A stretch of DNA of 64,000 bases from an uncultured Desulfospira sp. (GCA_963663165.1 OY760175.1:3552001-3616000); one strand, 5' to 3'; positions 36,382-46,842 are shown, counted from the first letter of the stretch. A program made the numbers and translations. The notes: generated by a model from the sequence alone, not told the origin.

Positions 36382-38271
36382 ATGAATTACAATCTACCCA
36401 AAGTTCAGTATAAACGCATTGATCATCTGGTCACCCAGCAAAACGAAAATGAAGCAAAATTCATGGCCCGGTTCAAATCCCGGAACAATGGATTTGATGA
36501 TCCCATGATTGTTGAAAACCCCTATCTGATCAATCCCCTGGCCGCCCTGGTTCTGTTCAACACCACAAAAGCCCTTTCGGCAAAAGTCACGGTCAAAGGC
36601 AAAGACAGCACAGCAGATCTCACCCATACCTTTCCTGCAGCAGACAGCCACATTCTTCCCATACTGGGGCTGTACCCCTCACAACCCAACACAGTTGTTA
36701 TTGAACTGGCAGACGGCCAAACCCAGACGCTGACCATCCAGGGCGGAGATCTGCCGGAACTCACCCAGAAGGTGGAAAAAATATTTACCACCCCCGAGTA
36801 CATGGCAGGCTCTTTCATGTTTGTCTCGGCCGCCGGCAAATCCCTGCCCGGCGGCTACGACCACAAGGGCCACTGCCGCTGGACCCTGGCGGAAAACTTT
36901 GTATTTGACATGAAGCGGGCCAGAAACGGGAACCTGCTTTGCGGTTCCTACCGCTACTCCCGGGTGCCCTACCATGCCACGGGCATCTGTGAAATCACCA
37001 TGGCCGGTAAAATCATCAAGGAGTACCGTTTACCCGGCAACTACCACCATGACCAGTTTGAAATGGAAGACGGCAGCCTGCTGGTGCTTACCCAGGATTT
37101 TCACCGGGACACCGTGGAAGATATGCTGGTGAGAATTGACCGGGATTCAGGTGAAATTCTGGACACCTGGGATATCCGGCAACTTTTGCCCATGGATGCG
37201 GCCAAGTCCGGATCCTGGAGTGAACATGACTGGTTCCACTGCAATGCGGTCTGGTACGATAAAAAGACCCATTCCCTCTCCCTTTCCGGCCGCCATCAGG
37301 ATATCATCCTCAACATTGATTACGACACCTCACAGATCAACTGGATGCTGGGGGACCCGGAAGGATGGCCGGAAGAGCTGGTGAGAAAATACTTTTTCAC
37401 CCCGGTGGGCCAGGACGGATTTGACTGGCAGTATGAACAGCATGCCTGCATGATTCTGCCGGACGGGGATGTGATGTGCTTTGACAACGGGCACTGGCGC
37501 GCCAAATCCAAGGAGAATTACCTGAAAAACAAGGATAACTTCTCCAGGGGTGTAAGATACCGCATTGACACCAATGAGATGACCATTGAACAGGTCTGGC
37601 AGTTCGGCAAGGAAAGAGGGCGCCACTTTTACTCCCCCTATATCTGTAATGTGGAGTATTATGATGAAGGCCACTATATGGTTCACTCCGGCGGTATCGG
37701 GTATGTGAACGGTGAAACCACAGAGCATCTGCTGCCCGCATTCCTGGACCCCACCGATCCCACCCATGAGCAGAAGAGCGTCACTGTGGAGATCAAGGAC
37801 GATGTGGTCATGTACGAAATGCATCTGCCCAGCCAGTTCTATAGAGCTGAAAAACTGCCCCTCTACCATGACCAGGACAACCTGTGCATCGGCCAGGGCC
37901 AGGTGGTGGGCTCTCTGGATGTTACCCCGGAATTTGATACCGTACCCGATGCCGATGAAACCAATGAAGCACCGGACGCCTGGAACCAGATCCGCATTGT
38001 TGAAGAAGAGGACCGGTTCACCTTTCACGGCCGGTTTGAAAAGGGCACGCTTTTAATGCTCTGCCTGGAAAATGAAAAGGAAACCCACAACTACTATATT
38101 TCCACCACGGCACGGCCGGCCCTGGCCATGTGTGTGGGATCGTTCATGGAAGCTGATGACCGCGTCATCTCCATGAATGTCAGCAAACTGGGTTTTACCG
38201 GCACCTTTGCAGTAAAATATATCCTCAACGATAAAAAATTCAACACCGGTATCAGCATTACCCTAGAATAA
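36382..38271 (+). CDS. Aryl-sulfate sulfotransferase (ASST family), paralog 2, no signal peptide
   Basis: Full-length homolog of 33097-34980 with YHHD, DWFHCN, SGRHQD, YEQHA motifs. Confidence 0.9.
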   Translation: MNYNLPKVQYKRIDHLVTQQNENEAKFMARFKSRNNGFDDPMIVENPYLINPLAALVLFNTTKALSAKVTVKGKDSTADLTHTFPAADSHILPILGLYPSQPNTVVIELADGQTQTLTIQGGDLPELTQKVEKIFTTPEYMAGSFMFVSAAGKSLPGGYDHKGHCRWTLAENFVFDMKRARNGNLLCGSYRYSRVPYHATGICEITMAGKIIKEYRLPGNYHHDQFEMEDGSLLVLTQDFHRDTVEDMLVRIDRDSGEILDTWDIRQLLPMDAAKSGSWSEHDWFHCNAVWYDKKTHSLSLSGRHQDIILNIDYDTSQINWMLGDPEGWPEELVRKYFFTPVGQDGFDWQYEQHACMILPDGDVMCFDNGHWRAKSKENYLKNKDNFSRGVRYRIDTNEMTIEQVWQFGKERGRHFYSPYICNVEYYDEGHYMVHSGGIGYVNGETTEHLLPAFLDPTDPTHEQKSVTVEIKDDVVMYEMHLPSQFYRAEKLPLYHDQDNLCIGQGQVVGSLDVTPEFDTVPDADETNEAPDAWNQIRIVEEEDRFTFHGRFEKGTLLMLCLENEKETHNYYISTTARPALAMCVGSFMEADDRVISMNVSKLGFTGTFAVKYILNDKKFNTGISITLE

Positions 38272-38343
38272 TCTTTGACGGAAGATGAATTTGAAGATCA
38301 CTATGATTGCCTGTCCCGGCAGATACCGGGGCAGGCAATATGT

Positions 38344-39015
38344 TTAATACCGGAGAGACAATTCCCGCTGTACCACCATTTCCAGGCTGGCTTTATCCAG
38401 AAGCTCAATATTGCGCCTGCTCCTGTCAATAAACCCTTCCTGGCGCAATGCCTTGATCACCTTGGCCACGGTAATCTTGTGCAGGGAAAGAAAGTTGGCC
38501 ATTTCATTCTGGGTGAAGCACTGGGGCAGGATCCATCTGCCTTCACGATACTCACTGAACTCCACCAGCATGGCACAGATCCTGACCGGCGCATTTTCAC
38601 AGGTGAAAAGAGATGCATGTTCCAGCATATTGGACATATTCTGGGCAAGGGCACCCGTGATATCCGCATAGGTTTCAGGGTGCTCTTCAAGCAGTTGCCG
38701 TAAGGCCCTTCTGTCAAGTATATACAAGGTGGCATCGGTCATGGTCCGGATCCGGATCCGGGATTTGTAGATATGGGATTCAGGAAATTCAGACTCCGGC
38801 AGAAGATGCCGAATAAACCCCATGATATTTCCTTTTTTAAAATATAAAAAAGCCCGCTCATCCCCATCAGGGGTTACGGTTCCAAGGCTGCAGATCCCGG
38901 ACTCTAGCACAACCGCAGAGTAGCGGGTGATATCCAGTTCATGCCCTGCAGGAAATTCTTTTTTTTTACCAGCCTTCCTGAACAGCTCCAGATAGTTGCC
39001 TTTTCTCCAGAACAC
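38344..39015 (-). CDS. Crp/Fnr family transcriptional regulator
   Basis: cNMP-like beta domain plus HTH FTQNEMANFLSLHKITVAKVIKALRQEG. Confidence 0.9.
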   Translation of the reverse strand: MFWRKGNYLELFRKAGKKKEFPAGHELDITRYSAVVLESGICSLGTVTPDGDERAFLYFKKGNIMGFIRHLLPESEFPESHIYKSRIRIRTMTDATLYILDRRALRQLLEEHPETYADITGALAQNMSNMLEHASLFTCENAPVRICAMLVEFSEYREGRWILPQCFTQNEMANFLSLHKITVAKVIKALRQEGFIDRSRRNIELLDKASLEMVVQRELSLRY

Positions 39016-39132
39016 AGCCCCCCCAAATTACTATTTTCCAGTACCCATAACATACCTGAAAGCAGGACCTTAAGGCTGGATTAAAAATAGGATAGAAAGA
39101 CGCTTTTTGTCAAGAAAAGTATGCACCGAAGT

Positions 39133-39170
39133 CCTGAATGAGCGAAGATGAGGCACTGCTGAATAGTTAC
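39133..39170 (+). mobile_element. Element family D, isolated right end
   Basis: CCTGAATGAGCGAAGATGAGGCACTGCTGAATAGTTAC matches 48370-48408. Confidence 0.75.
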
Positions 39171-39532
39171 TACTTTTTTATTGTTTCATAACAATAAGCC
39201 GCACGGCCACCTACTGCCTGGTAGTCTTCCGGAGAAAAAACACATATACCGCCTACAGGTTGCGATAGTGATCTTACTTTCAACTCATCATAGGGCATAA
39301 CTTCCATATATTTCTCATTCCAGTCAAAGGGCAGCCCCGGATTCGTAACAACATTATACGTGCTTTGGGGAGACCCGAACGTATATACGCCAATCCAGTC
39401 AACAGGGAACAAGGTGTTGACCAAAGACTCAAGCAGCTGAGGGAACTCTTTGTAGTTATTTGTATAAATCAGGGATTGCTGAATCTCTCTTAGTACTTCA
39501 ACAGCTTTCAGTTTAAGGCGATTAGATATCAA
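39170..39532 (-). pseudogene. Truncated gene, possibly the sensory domain of a regulator
   Basis: 120-aa AT-rich ORF divergent from the ABC operon. Its TAG is formed at the junction with the family D end. Regulator identity is inference only. Confidence 0.45.
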
Positions 39533-39700
39533 TGGTATTTATGCAGCGTTCAACATGTTCAATTTTGCTGAGATCTTTTTAATTCAAAAAAATAACCGTC
39601 CAGGTTACGGGATTTCCCGATACCAGATAGAGACTTGACTTCTGGACCCATTTAGATTCAAATAGATTTCTTATCTGCTTGTTTTTTAAGGCGTATGTAT

Positions 39701-39722
39701 TATATTAAATCGATTTAATATA
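39701..39722. promoter_or_regulatory. Perfect 22-bp palindrome upstream of the ABC operon
   Basis: TATATTAAATCGATTTAATATA, upstream of TTGACA at 39748. Confidence 0.45.
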
Positions 39723-39845
39723 TATATTACATTGTATTATTATTTTCTTGACAATGCGGTCTCTGTCATTCTATTAATGGGTTGCTTTAAAGCGATTTTT
39801 AAAAAATCCCCTAATTTTGAACCCGAAACTGCAAAAGGTGAGAAC

Positions 39846-41432
39846 ATGAATTTTTTTAGACATCTGATATGGCTTGTCTGTTTCCTGACAGCTCTGGCGG
39901 CGGTGCCTGCCTTTGGGGCAGACAATTCCAAAATCATCATTGGCACAAGGTCAGAACCCTCCATTGACCCCCATTTCCTTTATACAGAACCCAACATCGG
40001 CTATGCCAAGCATATTTACGGCCGTCTGGTGGGCAGGGATAATGATTCCCGCAGGGAAGCCGATCTTGCTGTCTCCTGGCGGGCCATTGATGACCTCACC
40101 TGGGAGTTTAAATTAAGAAAAGGCGTCAAGTTCCAGGACGGTTCGGACTTTACAGCCGATGATGTCCTTTTTTCCATCAAGCGTATTCCCAATGTACGCA
40201 ATAATCCGGGACCCTATGCCGGGAACTTAAGGTCCGTTGTTGATGTGCAAAAGGACGGGCCCTATAAAGTTATTATCAAAACCGACAAGCCCAACCCCGT
40301 ATTGCCCACCCAGATGCACAACGTCTCCATTGTCTCCTCAAGTGTGGGTGAAGAAGTTAGAACAGAAGATTTCTCATCCGGGAAAGCGGCCATTGGTACT
40401 GGCCCGTATAAATTTGTGGAATATGTGCCCGGCGATCATCTGACCCTGGAACGGTTTGACGGCTATTGGGGACCCAAACCAAAATTCAAACGGGTGGTGT
40501 TTAAAATTATCAGCAATGATGCTGCCCGGGTGGCAGCCTTGCTGGCCGGAGATGTGGATCTCATCGATTTTGTTCCTCCCACTGAGGTGGCCCACCTGAC
40601 CAAAAATGAAAAGATCAAAATTTTCAAACGTCCGGCAGACCGGGTGATCTTTTTCCACATGGACAGCGTTCGCGATGTCTCTCCTTATGTCACCGATAAA
40701 GATGGAAAACCTCTGGCAGAGAACCCCTTGAAAGACGTGCGGGTGAGAAAGGCCCTCTCTTATGCCATCAACCGAAAAGCCATCTGCAGCCGGGTAATGG
40801 AAGGGTTGTCTGCTCCCGAAAGCCAGCTGGTGCCCACGGGATGGTTTGGCCACAGCCCAAATATTCAGGTGGATCCCTATGACCCTGAAAAGGCTGAAAA
40901 ACTTCTGACACAGGCGGGGTATCCTGACGGCTTTGGAATAACCATCCATGGACCCAACGACAGGTATGTCAACGACTATAAGGTTTGCCAGGCCGTAGCC
41001 CAGATGTTTGCCCGGATCGGTTTGAAGGTCAAAGTGGAAACCATGCCCAAAAGTGTCTACTTTGGCAGCTATGTGCCGCCTGACTCAAAATTCAGTTTTG
41101 CCATGCTGGGCTGGGGAACGTCGGCCACCTGCGAGTCCATTCACGGCCTGACAGGTTTTGTGCATACCTATAATAAGGAAAAGGGTATGGGGGCTTATAA
41201 CCTGGGCTATTCAAACCCTGACGTTGACAGGATAATTGAAGATGCGGTCACTATCGTGGATAGTGCGAAGCGTGAAAAGATGCTGAATAAGGCCATGGAA
41301 ACGGCCATGGCGGATATGGCGGCCATTCCCATGCACACCCAGTATACGGTTTCGGCAGGGCTGAAATCCGTTGATTATACGGTGCGCCCGGATGAGATGA
41401 CCTTGGCCTATAATGCGCGTCCGGCAAAATAA
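39846..41432 (+). CDS. ABC transporter substrate-binding protein, family 5 (Dpp/Opp/Nik)
   Basis: Signal peptide from ATG 39846. TWEFKLRKGVKFQDGSDFTADDV, IGTGPYKF. Confidence 0.95.
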   Translation: MNFFRHLIWLVCFLTALAAVPAFGADNSKIIIGTRSEPSIDPHFLYTEPNIGYAKHIYGRLVGRDNDSRREADLAVSWRAIDDLTWEFKLRKGVKFQDGSDFTADDVLFSIKRIPNVRNNPGPYAGNLRSVVDVQKDGPYKVIIKTDKPNPVLPTQMHNVSIVSSSVGEEVRTEDFSSGKAAIGTGPYKFVEYVPGDHLTLERFDGYWGPKPKFKRVVFKIISNDAARVAALLAGDVDLIDFVPPTEVAHLTKNEKIKIFKRPADRVIFFHMDSVRDVSPYVTDKDGKPLAENPLKDVRVRKALSYAINRKAICSRVMEGLSAPESQLVPTGWFGHSPNIQVDPYDPEKAEKLLTQAGYPDGFGITIHGPNDRYVNDYKVCQAVAQMFARIGLKVKVETMPKSVYFGSYVPPDSKFSFAMLGWGTSATCESIHGLTGFVHTYNKEKGMGAYNLGYSNPDVDRIIEDAVTIVDSAKREKMLNKAMETAMADMAAIPMHTQYTVSAGLKSVDYTVRPDEMTLAYNARPAK

Positions 41433-41443
41433 TTTGTACTAAT

Positions 41444-42421
41444 ATGACCCTGTTCATTGTAAGACGGCTGATTCAGATGGTGATCACCCTGGCGGTGATG
41501 TCACTCATAGTCTTTGTGGGTATCTATGCCGTGGGAGATCCGGTCAGATTGCTCATCAGCCCCGAAGCCAGCCAGCAGGAACGAATCGACGCCACCCGGT
41601 CCCTGGGCCTGGATAAACCTTTGACCGCTCAGTACCTGCACTTTCTCAAAGGGGCGGTCAAAGGGGACTTAGGCAATTCGTACATCCATAATATACCGGC
41701 GCTTAAGCTGATCATGACCCGGCTGCCGGCTACCATGGAGCTTGCGGTATGTGCCATTGTTCTCTCCATCGCTTTTGGTATTCCGTTGGGACTTCTGGCG
41801 GGCATATATCCTGATTCAACCCTGTCCCGTTCTATCATGGTGGGGTCCATTTTCGGATTTAGTCTGCCAACGTTCTGGGTGGGGCTGATGATGGTGCTGA
41901 TCTTTTCTGTTCATCTTGGATGGCTGCCAACCTCCGGCCGTGGCCAGACCGTGGAGGTCATGGGAGTCGCATTCAGCTTCTTCACTCTGGACGGTCTCAA
42001 ACATCTGATGCTGCCGGCCATCAATCTGTCACTGTTTCCCATGGCCCTGGTCACCCGGCTGACCAAAGCGGGTGTAAGCGAAATTTTACAACAGGACTAT
42101 ATTACCATGGCCAGGGCCAAGGGACTGACCGAACTTCGTATTATGGGTGTGCATGTCCTTAAAAACACGCTCATTCCCATCATCACGGTGGTCGGTCTGC
42201 AGTTCGGCGTACTCCTGGCATTTGCCGTTGTCACGGAAAGCGTATTTGCCTGGCCGGGCATGGGAAAGCTGATCATTGACTCAATCAATATGCTGGACCG
42301 TCCTGTGGTGATCTCCTATCTTCTGATCACGGTGGTGCTGTTCATGGGTATTAACTTTTTTGTAGATGTTATTTATTCTGTGCTCGATCCGCGGGTCCGG
42401 CTGGGGGACCGTGAGGCATGA
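41444..42421 (+). CDS. Peptide ABC transporter permease (DppB-like)
   Basis: QDYITMARAKGL, ESVFAWPGMG. Confidence 0.95.
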   Translation: MTLFIVRRLIQMVITLAVMSLIVFVGIYAVGDPVRLLISPEASQQERIDATRSLGLDKPLTAQYLHFLKGAVKGDLGNSYIHNIPALKLIMTRLPATMELAVCAIVLSIAFGIPLGLLAGIYPDSTLSRSIMVGSIFGFSLPTFWVGLMMVLIFSVHLGWLPTSGRGQTVEVMGVAFSFFTLDGLKHLMLPAINLSLFPMALVTRLTKAGVSEILQQDYITMARAKGLTELRIMGVHVLKNTLIPIITVVGLQFGVLLAFAVVTESVFAWPGMGKLIIDSINMLDRPVVISYLLITVVLFMGINFFVDVIYSVLDPRVRLGDREA

Positions 42422-43329
42422 CTCACCTGTTTTCAAAGAAAAAAACAGCATATGCCGATAAAAGCCCCTGGCTTCTTATCTGGGATGATTTTTCCGACAG
42501 CCGGGTAGCGGTGATTTCCCTGGCTGTTTTAGGCATTATTCTGTTACTGGCCCTGGCAGCGCCCTGGCTCTCCATGCAGAATCCTTACGATCTTGCTCAG
42601 ATCAGCATCATGGACTCACGACTTGCACCGGGTGAAACCAGTATGGAGGGGACCACCTTCTGGCTGGGCACCGATGACCAGGGCCGGGATATGGTAAGCG
42701 CCATTTTTTACGGGCTTCGCATCAGCCTCTGGGTGGGTATTGCCTCGGGTGTAATCGCCTTTTTTACCGGGACCTTTATCGGGCTTTTGGGTACCTATGC
42801 CGGCGGGTGGATTGATGCGCTGATTATGCGTGCCGTGGATATCCAGCTGGGATTCCCTCCCATTTTGATATCGCTGATTCTTCTGGCGCTTCTGGGCCGG
42901 GGTACGGACAAGGTTCTGCTGGCCCTGGTGTTGAGCCAGTGGACCTTTTATGCCCGTACCGTGCGAGCCACAGCTCTTGTGGAGCGCCAGAAAGAATACA
43001 TGGAAGCGGCCCGTGGAATGAAGATGCCGGCGGCTGTAATCTTGATGCGCCATCTGATGCCCAACTGTCTGCCTCCGTTGATCGTGGTCTCCACGGTGAA
43101 TGTCGCCAATGCCATCCAGCTGGAGGCCACGCTCTCTTTTCTCGGGGTGGGGCTTCCTGTGACCCAGCCCTCCCTGGGACTGCTCATAGCCAATGGCTTT
43201 CAGTATATCTTAAGCGGCCAGTACTGGATCAGTGTTTATCCGGGTATAGCGCTGCTCATTACTGTGGCCAGTATCAACCTTGTGGCAGACCGTTTGCGTG
43301 ACATACTGGATCCGAGGAATAAAAGATGA
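42418..43329 (+). CDS. Peptide ABC transporter permease (DppC-like)
   Basis: WLGTDDQGRD, EYMEAARGM, EATLSFLGVG. Confidence 0.95.
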   Translation: MTHLFSKKKTAYADKSPWLLIWDDFSDSRVAVISLAVLGIILLLALAAPWLSMQNPYDLAQISIMDSRLAPGETSMEGTTFWLGTDDQGRDMVSAIFYGLRISLWVGIASGVIAFFTGTFIGLLGTYAGGWIDALIMRAVDIQLGFPPILISLILLALLGRGTDKVLLALVLSQWTFYARTVRATALVERQKEYMEAARGMKMPAAVILMRHLMPNCLPPLIVVSTVNVANAIQLEATLSFLGVGLPVTQPSLGLLIANGFQYILSGQYWISVYPGIALLITVASINLVADRLRDILDPRNKR

Positions 43330-44312
43330 CCCGCCAGACAGCAGACTTTGAGATCAGGGACCTTTGCACTCATTTTTTTTTGAAGTCCGGCACGGTCAGG
43401 GCAGTGGACGGTGTCAGCTTTAAAGTGGCCCAGGGCGAAGTTTTCGGGCTTGTGGGGGAGTCAGGGTCCGGAAAGACCATAACGGGGCTTTCCATTCTGG
43501 GGCTTGTACCATCTCCGGGAAAAATCGTGTCAGGGTCTGTCCTCCTTAACGGTGTGGATTTAACCCGGATCCCTTCCTCACAATTGCGAAAGGTCAGGGG
43601 CCGGGATATGTCCATGATTTTTCAGGATGCCATGACAGCGCTCAATCCGGTGCTGCGGGTCGACACCCAGATGGTTGAAGCCATTCAAAACCGAGACAGA
43701 ATTTCTAAAAAAGAGGCGTTGAAACAGGCGGTTAACGCCCTGGAGCGCGTTGGAATCCCGGCCCCTGAGAAGCGTCTTAAATCTTATCCCCACCAGTTTT
43801 CCGGCGGGATGAGACAACGGCTGTGCATCGCCATTGCCATGATCAACCACCCTAAACTTGTGATTGCAGATGAACCCACCACGGCCCTGGATGTTACCAT
43901 CCAGTCCCAGATCCTGCACCAGATCCAAAAGCTTTGCCGGGATCAGGGCAGCAGTGTGATCTGGATCTCCCACGATCTGGCGGTGGTGGCAGGCCTGGCA
44001 GATCAGATCGGGGTGATGTATGCCGGAAAAATTGTGGAGATGGGTCCCGCTGACACGGTGCTGGACAGAAGCCTTCACCCCTATACAGCCGGCCTGATCA
44101 ATTCAGTGCCAAGCGGTGCCAGGCGCGGGCAGCCCCTGGAACAGATTCCGGGAAGCGCGCCCTCCCTTGCCAACCTGCCTGAAGGGTGCGCTTTTAAGGA
44201 GCGCTGCAGCCGGGCAGGAGATCTTTGCAAAAAGACGGTTCCCATGAGGTCCATGGGGGGGAACCACTGGGTGCGGTGTCACTATCCCGGCAATGAAAGG
44301 CAGATCCCATGA
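43326..44312 (+). CDS. Peptide ABC transporter ATP-binding protein (DppD-like)
   Basis: GESGSGKT, FSGGMRQR, IADEPTTALD, C-terminal Cys motif. Confidence 0.96.
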   Translation: MTRQTADFEIRDLCTHFFLKSGTVRAVDGVSFKVAQGEVFGLVGESGSGKTITGLSILGLVPSPGKIVSGSVLLNGVDLTRIPSSQLRKVRGRDMSMIFQDAMTALNPVLRVDTQMVEAIQNRDRISKKEALKQAVNALERVGIPAPEKRLKSYPHQFSGGMRQRLCIAIAMINHPKLVIADEPTTALDVTIQSQILHQIQKLCRDQGSSVIWISHDLAVVAGLADQIGVMYAGKIVEMGPADTVLDRSLHPYTAGLINSVPSGARRGQPLEQIPGSAPSLANLPEGCAFKERCSRAGDLCKKTVPMRSMGGNHWVRCHYPGNERQIP

Positions 44313-45316
44313 CACAGAACCCTGAATCCAGTGCCCTGATGCAGATCCGGCATGTGAGCAAAACATTTACCAAAGAGCCGGACATCATTGCCCGCATGTT
44401 TCAGAAAGCCACAGGCCGGAATTATGAAACGTCGGTCCATGCCGTGGATGATGTCTGCCTTGATATTCTGCCCGGCGAAGTGGTGGGCCTTGCCGGGGAG
44501 TCAGGCTGCGGCAAATCCACTCTGGGCCGTATTACAGCCGGGCTTTTGCCCCCCACCAGCGGTCAGGTTCTGTTAAACAATGAAACGCTTTGCGGTCAAA
44601 AAACCGGGAAGAGGGAACATCAGGGCCTGCAGGTCCAGATGATTTTCCAAAATCCATTTGCCTCTTTAAACCCCAGGATGCGCATCCGGCAAATTATTGG
44701 AGAAGCCCCTTTATACCACGGTATTGTCACCAAAAAAGAGCTGGACGGCTACCTGGATTATCTCATGGCCCAGTGCGGGCTGGATCCCTCTTATAAACAC
44801 AGGTTTCCCCATCAATTCTCCGGGGGGCAGCGCCAGCGTATTGCGATCTGCAGGGCTCTGGCCGTTAAGCCGGCTTTTGTTGTATGCGATGAGATGGTTT
44901 CAGCCCTGGACGCCTCCATACAGGCCCAGATTATCAATTTGTTTAATGAGCTGAAACAGGAACTGAATCTTACCAGCCTTTTTATCAGCCATGACATGGG
45001 TATCGTGGAGCATATCAGCGACAGGGTGGTGATCATGTATCTGGGCCGCATTGTCGAGGCCGCCGGAACCCAAGTGTTATTCAATACCCCGGGACATCCA
45101 TATACCCGAACCCTGATTGATCAGGTTCCCCGGCTGGACCGGCGGCATTTTGATTTTCAGCCGGTGGCAGGTGAGATCCCATCTCCCTTGTCACCGCCTC
45201 CGGGGTGTCATTTCCACCCCCGGTGTTCAAAACGCCGCTCAAAATGTGCCCGGCACCGACCGGAACTCAGGCAGATCTCTTCCGGCCACTGGGTGGCCTG
45301 TCATCTGTTCGACTGA
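44309..45316 (+). CDS. Peptide ABC transporter ATP-binding protein (DppF-like)
   Basis: [25 protein letters not shown]...VACH. Confidence 0.96.
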   Translation: MTQNPESSALMQIRHVSKTFTKEPDIIARMFQKATGRNYETSVHAVDDVCLDILPGEVVGLAGESGCGKSTLGRITAGLLPPTSGQVLLNNETLCGQKTGKREHQGLQVQMIFQNPFASLNPRMRIRQIIGEAPLYHGIVTKKELDGYLDYLMAQCGLDPSYKHRFPHQFSGGQRQRIAICRALAVKPAFVVCDEMVSALDASIQAQIINLFNELKQELNLTSLFISHDMGIVEHISDRVVIMYLGRIVEAAGTQVLFNTPGHPYTRTLIDQVPRLDRRHFDFQPVAGEIPSPLSPPPGCHFHPRCSKRRSKCARHRPELRQISSGHWVACHLFD

Positions 45317-45381
45317 ATCAAACGGCAGCAACTGGAACAGACCTTAATTTCAAATATCATTTATCTTGTGGATACATTGAC

Positions 45382-46650
45382 ATGGAATCTCTTGAAAAAA
45401 AGAAAATTGCCATCACCGGCGGCACATTAATCGACGGCACCGGCGGTGATCCTTTGCCCGATTGTAATATCACCATTGAAGCTGGCTTGATCAAAACCAT
45501 TGGACCGGATCCTGCACCCGGCGATCTATCGGGATATGAGTGCTATGATGCCCGGGGGAAAACGGTGATGCCCGGTCTTATCGATGCGCACACTCACTTA
45601 TGGGGCGTTACTTCCCTTGACACATTGACCTGGACTTTGGATCATCCATGCCTGCGCACTGCCCGGGCCAGCATGGATGTCTGGCGGCTTTTGGACAGCG
45701 GCTTTACCACGGTGCGAGATCCCGGTACTTATATCAGCATATTTCTCAGGGATGCTGTGAACGAAGGGGCTTTGCCCGGCCCCCGGATTCTCTCCGCCGG
45801 AAAGGTGATCACCCAGACCGGAGGCCACGGGGATCCCACCCATAATTTGCCCCAGTCCTGGGTGGAGGAACGGAGTATATGCCGGGTGGCCGACGGGGCC
45901 GACGACTGCCGAAGGGCTGTCAGAGAGCAGATCCGGGAAGGGGCGGATATGATCAAGATCATGACCACGGGCGGTGTCCTGTCTGACCGTGATAACCCGA
46001 AGTTTACCCAGTTCTGCCTGGAGGAGATCCAGGCCATCACCGAAGAGGCCCATGCCCGGGGTTACCTTGTGGCAAGCCACGCCCAGGGCACCAAAGGGAT
46101 AAAAAATGCCCTTCGGGGCGGGGTGGATACCATTGAACACGGTAACGGTCTGGATAACGAAGCCATAACGCTGATGCTTGATACCGGCGCTTTTTTGATT
46201 CCAACCCTGGCCGTGTTCCAGGCGCTGCTTGACGGCGGGCCGCACTGCGGGGTCAAGCCCCGGCACCTTTCAAAGGTGGAAGCCATCAAAGAAATCCACC
46301 AGAAAGCCTTTTTTACGGCCTGGAAAGCCGGGGTGAAGATCGGGCTTGGTACGGACTATCTTTTAACCCCCCAGGTTACAGGAACGGTTATGGGCAGCCA
46401 TGCAAAGGAGTTGGCGCTCTATGTCGAAGCCGGATTATCCCCCATGGATGCCTTGGTATGTGCCACCCAAAATAATGCAGCCGCCCTGGGGCTGGAAAAG
46501 ATCACCGGCACATTGGAACCGGGCAAAAGTGCGGATCTGCTCATTGTCGACGGCGATCCCCTTGGTAATATCACGGTGCTCCAGGATCCGGACAGACTGG
46601 TTCATATTTTCAAGGAAGGCTGTGTGGTGCCCAGATTGCCCCGATTATAA
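45382..46650 (+). CDS. Metal-dependent amidohydrolase (Xaa-Pro dipeptidase-like)
   Basis: MPGLIDAHTH, IKI Lys, SHAQG, IEHG, GTD, GKSADL. Start re-called at ATG 45382. Confidence 0.92.
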   Translation: MESLEKKKIAITGGTLIDGTGGDPLPDCNITIEAGLIKTIGPDPAPGDLSGYECYDARGKTVMPGLIDAHTHLWGVTSLDTLTWTLDHPCLRTARASMDVWRLLDSGFTTVRDPGTYISIFLRDAVNEGALPGPRILSAGKVITQTGGHGDPTHNLPQSWVEERSICRVADGADDCRRAVREQIREGADMIKIMTTGGVLSDRDNPKFTQFCLEEIQAITEEAHARGYLVASHAQGTKGIKNALRGGVDTIEHGNGLDNEAITLMLDTGAFLIPTLAVFQALLDGGPHCGVKPRHLSKVEAIKEIHQKAFFTAWKAGVKIGLGTDYLLTPQVTGTVMGSHAKELALYVEAGLSPMDALVCATQNNAAALGLEKITGTLEPGKSADLLIVDGDPLGNITVLQDPDRLVHIFKEGCVVPRLPRL

Positions 46651-46697
46651 TATCATTTCTATGGGGCTATTGTCGTTAACCCGGGTTAGACTATTTA

Positions 46698-46842
46698 GTG
46701 TTTGAACGAAAAGTCGCCCATCTGCTGCGTTGCAAAAAAATTTGCAATCCTCACAACCCCTATGGTTGCTCCGGTTGCAAATTTTTTTTGCGCCTTGCAT
46801 CTGGGCAACTTTTCGCCCAAACACGGGTTTTCGTTCAGACAC
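46698..46842. mobile_element. MITE family B, full-length copy (145 bp)
   Basis: TIRs GTGTTTGAACGAAAA / TTTTCGTTCAGACAC, internal palindrome, TATTTA direct repeats on both sides. Confidence 0.85.
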
